NCBI GenBank assembly: GCA_963712745.1
Contig: CAVQJC010000004.1
Coordinates: 224,001 to 288,000, forward strand
Direction of reading: 5' to 3'
From: an uncultured Chloroflexia bacterium
Lineage (GTDB): Bacteria > Chloroflexota > Limnocylindria > Limnocylindrales > CSP1-4
Length of the DNA stretch: 64,000 bases
Below the pieces are notes generated by a model, which was not told the origin of the DNA, made no database searches, and was given only the letters and a program-made list of their open reading frames with translations. A program made the translations under genes and the position numbers. Below, piece after piece: positions 63,238 to 64,000 of the stretch (positions are counted from its first letter, which is position 1; every line of letters starts with the position of its first letter).

Positions 63238-63522
63238 CTAGCTCGGCGTCGGCAAGGCGCGCTCCAGGAACTCGCGTACCTGGCGGCCGCTGGTCACGAG
63301 CTCGCTCTCGGTATCGCCGATGGCGAACACGGGGATGCGCCGGCGGTAGCGCCGTTCGAGCTCGGGATCGGCCGAGATGTCGATGCGCTCGACCCCCACG
63401 GGCCCCAGGCCCGCGCGTGCTCGCTGCGCGAGCTCGTCGCGGAGGAGCAACTCGGCGTCGTCGCACAGATGGCAGCCCGGGCGGCGGTAGATGATCAGCG
63501 TGGGACGGGTCATGTCGTTCAT
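63238..63522 (-). CDS. Glutaredoxin-like protein (DUF836 type)
   Basis: YRRPGCHLCDDA, IDISADPELERRY...IPV. Confidence 0.88.
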   Translation of the reverse strand: MNDMTRPTLIIYRRPGCHLCDDAELLLRDELAQRARAGLGPVGVERIDISADPELERRYRRRIPVFAIGDTESELVTSGRQVREFLERALPTPS

Positions 63523-63564
63523 CGGTCTGGCCTGATTCTACGGTGCGCTACGATTCCATTCTGC

Positions 63565-63640
63565 GCCCCCGTAGCTCAGTGGATAGAGCGGCAGCGTCCT
63601 AAGCTGCGCGTCGGCGGTTCGAATCCGTCCGGGGGCGCCA
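63565..63640 (+). tRNA. tRNA-Arg (CCT)
   Basis: GCCCCCG/CGGGGGC acceptor, GCTC-AGTGGATA-GAGC D arm, GCAGC-GTCCTAA-GCTGC anticodon arm, TTCGAAT, encoded CCA. Confidence 0.95.
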
Positions 63641-63714
63641 TGCCACCCTGTTCGACCTCGTCGTCCAGGCGCCTGACGCACTCCCCAGCCACCGGGCGGC
63701 GATGAAGCGAAACG

Positions 63715-63743
63715 GCCCTCCGAGCTCGCGGCTCGAAGGGCCG
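63715..63743. terminator. Hairpin between tRNA-Arg and the convergent gene
   Basis: cggccctccgagc-tcgcg-gctcgaagggccg; preceded by aaa, so a short U tract on the - strand. Confidence 0.5.
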
Positions 63744-63756
63744 TAGGAGTGAAGTC

Positions 63757-64000
63757 TCAGGGGTGCGGCTGCCAGCTGGGCCACTCGGCATCCGCGACGC
63801 CCTCGATCTTGGTCGCCACCAGCGCCATCGGGTCGGTCACATCCACCATCGTCAAGATCCCGTCGGGCCATTGGCCGAGGATGGAACGGCCGTCCGGCGA
63901 CCAGCCAAGCACGGAGAGCGAGATGTCGAGCGAGGTCACGTCCGCCGAGGCCACGTCGTAGAGCATCGGCCGTGGGTCAGCGGCACCCCAGCTCGTGAAG
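63757..64000 (-). CDS. 3' end of a TolB/WD40-like beta-propeller protein (partial)
   Basis: GWSPDGRSIL repeat and terminal PSWQP; frame runs off the window end. Confidence 0.7.
   Translation of the reverse strand, partial: FTSWGAADPRPMLYDVASADVTSLDISLSVLGWSPDGRSILGQWPDGILTMVDVTDPMALVATKIEGVADAEWPSWQPHP

Overview
High-GC bacterial chromosome segment made mostly of + strand housekeeping operons: rel-hisS-femX-like-DMT-aspS; typA-iscS-mnmA; alaS-ftsA-like-baseplate-J-like-ruvX-mltG-efp-xseAB-dxs-tlyA-nadK-xerD-...-scpAB-rluB-cmk-plsC-ispH-der-gpsA; moeA-moaC-mogA-nrdR-dcd; and ccdA/tlpA on the - strand. Gene content and order suggest a high-GC Chloroflexota-like organism (inference only). There are two tRNAs (Pro-GGG, Arg-CCT), and an accessory-looking region follows tRNA-Pro (~43.9-50.1 kb). 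Main points of interest: (1) a 346-aa Ala1/WCT (class 3-type) intein with LAGLIDADG motifs inserted just before the catalytic Ser of dCTP deaminase; (2) a non-dcw FtsA/actin-like ATPase next to a membrane-anchored baseplate-J-like protein and mltG; (3) a ~1 kb hairpin-dense tract with no credible ORF that may be a large structured ncRNA; (4) smaller structured elements, including one upstream of alaS and a REP/MITE-like palindrome; (5) many apparently leaderless promoters. Several single-base frameshifts, one in essential alaS, are most likely sequencing errors. No CRISPR array, transposase, prophage or rRNA was seen.
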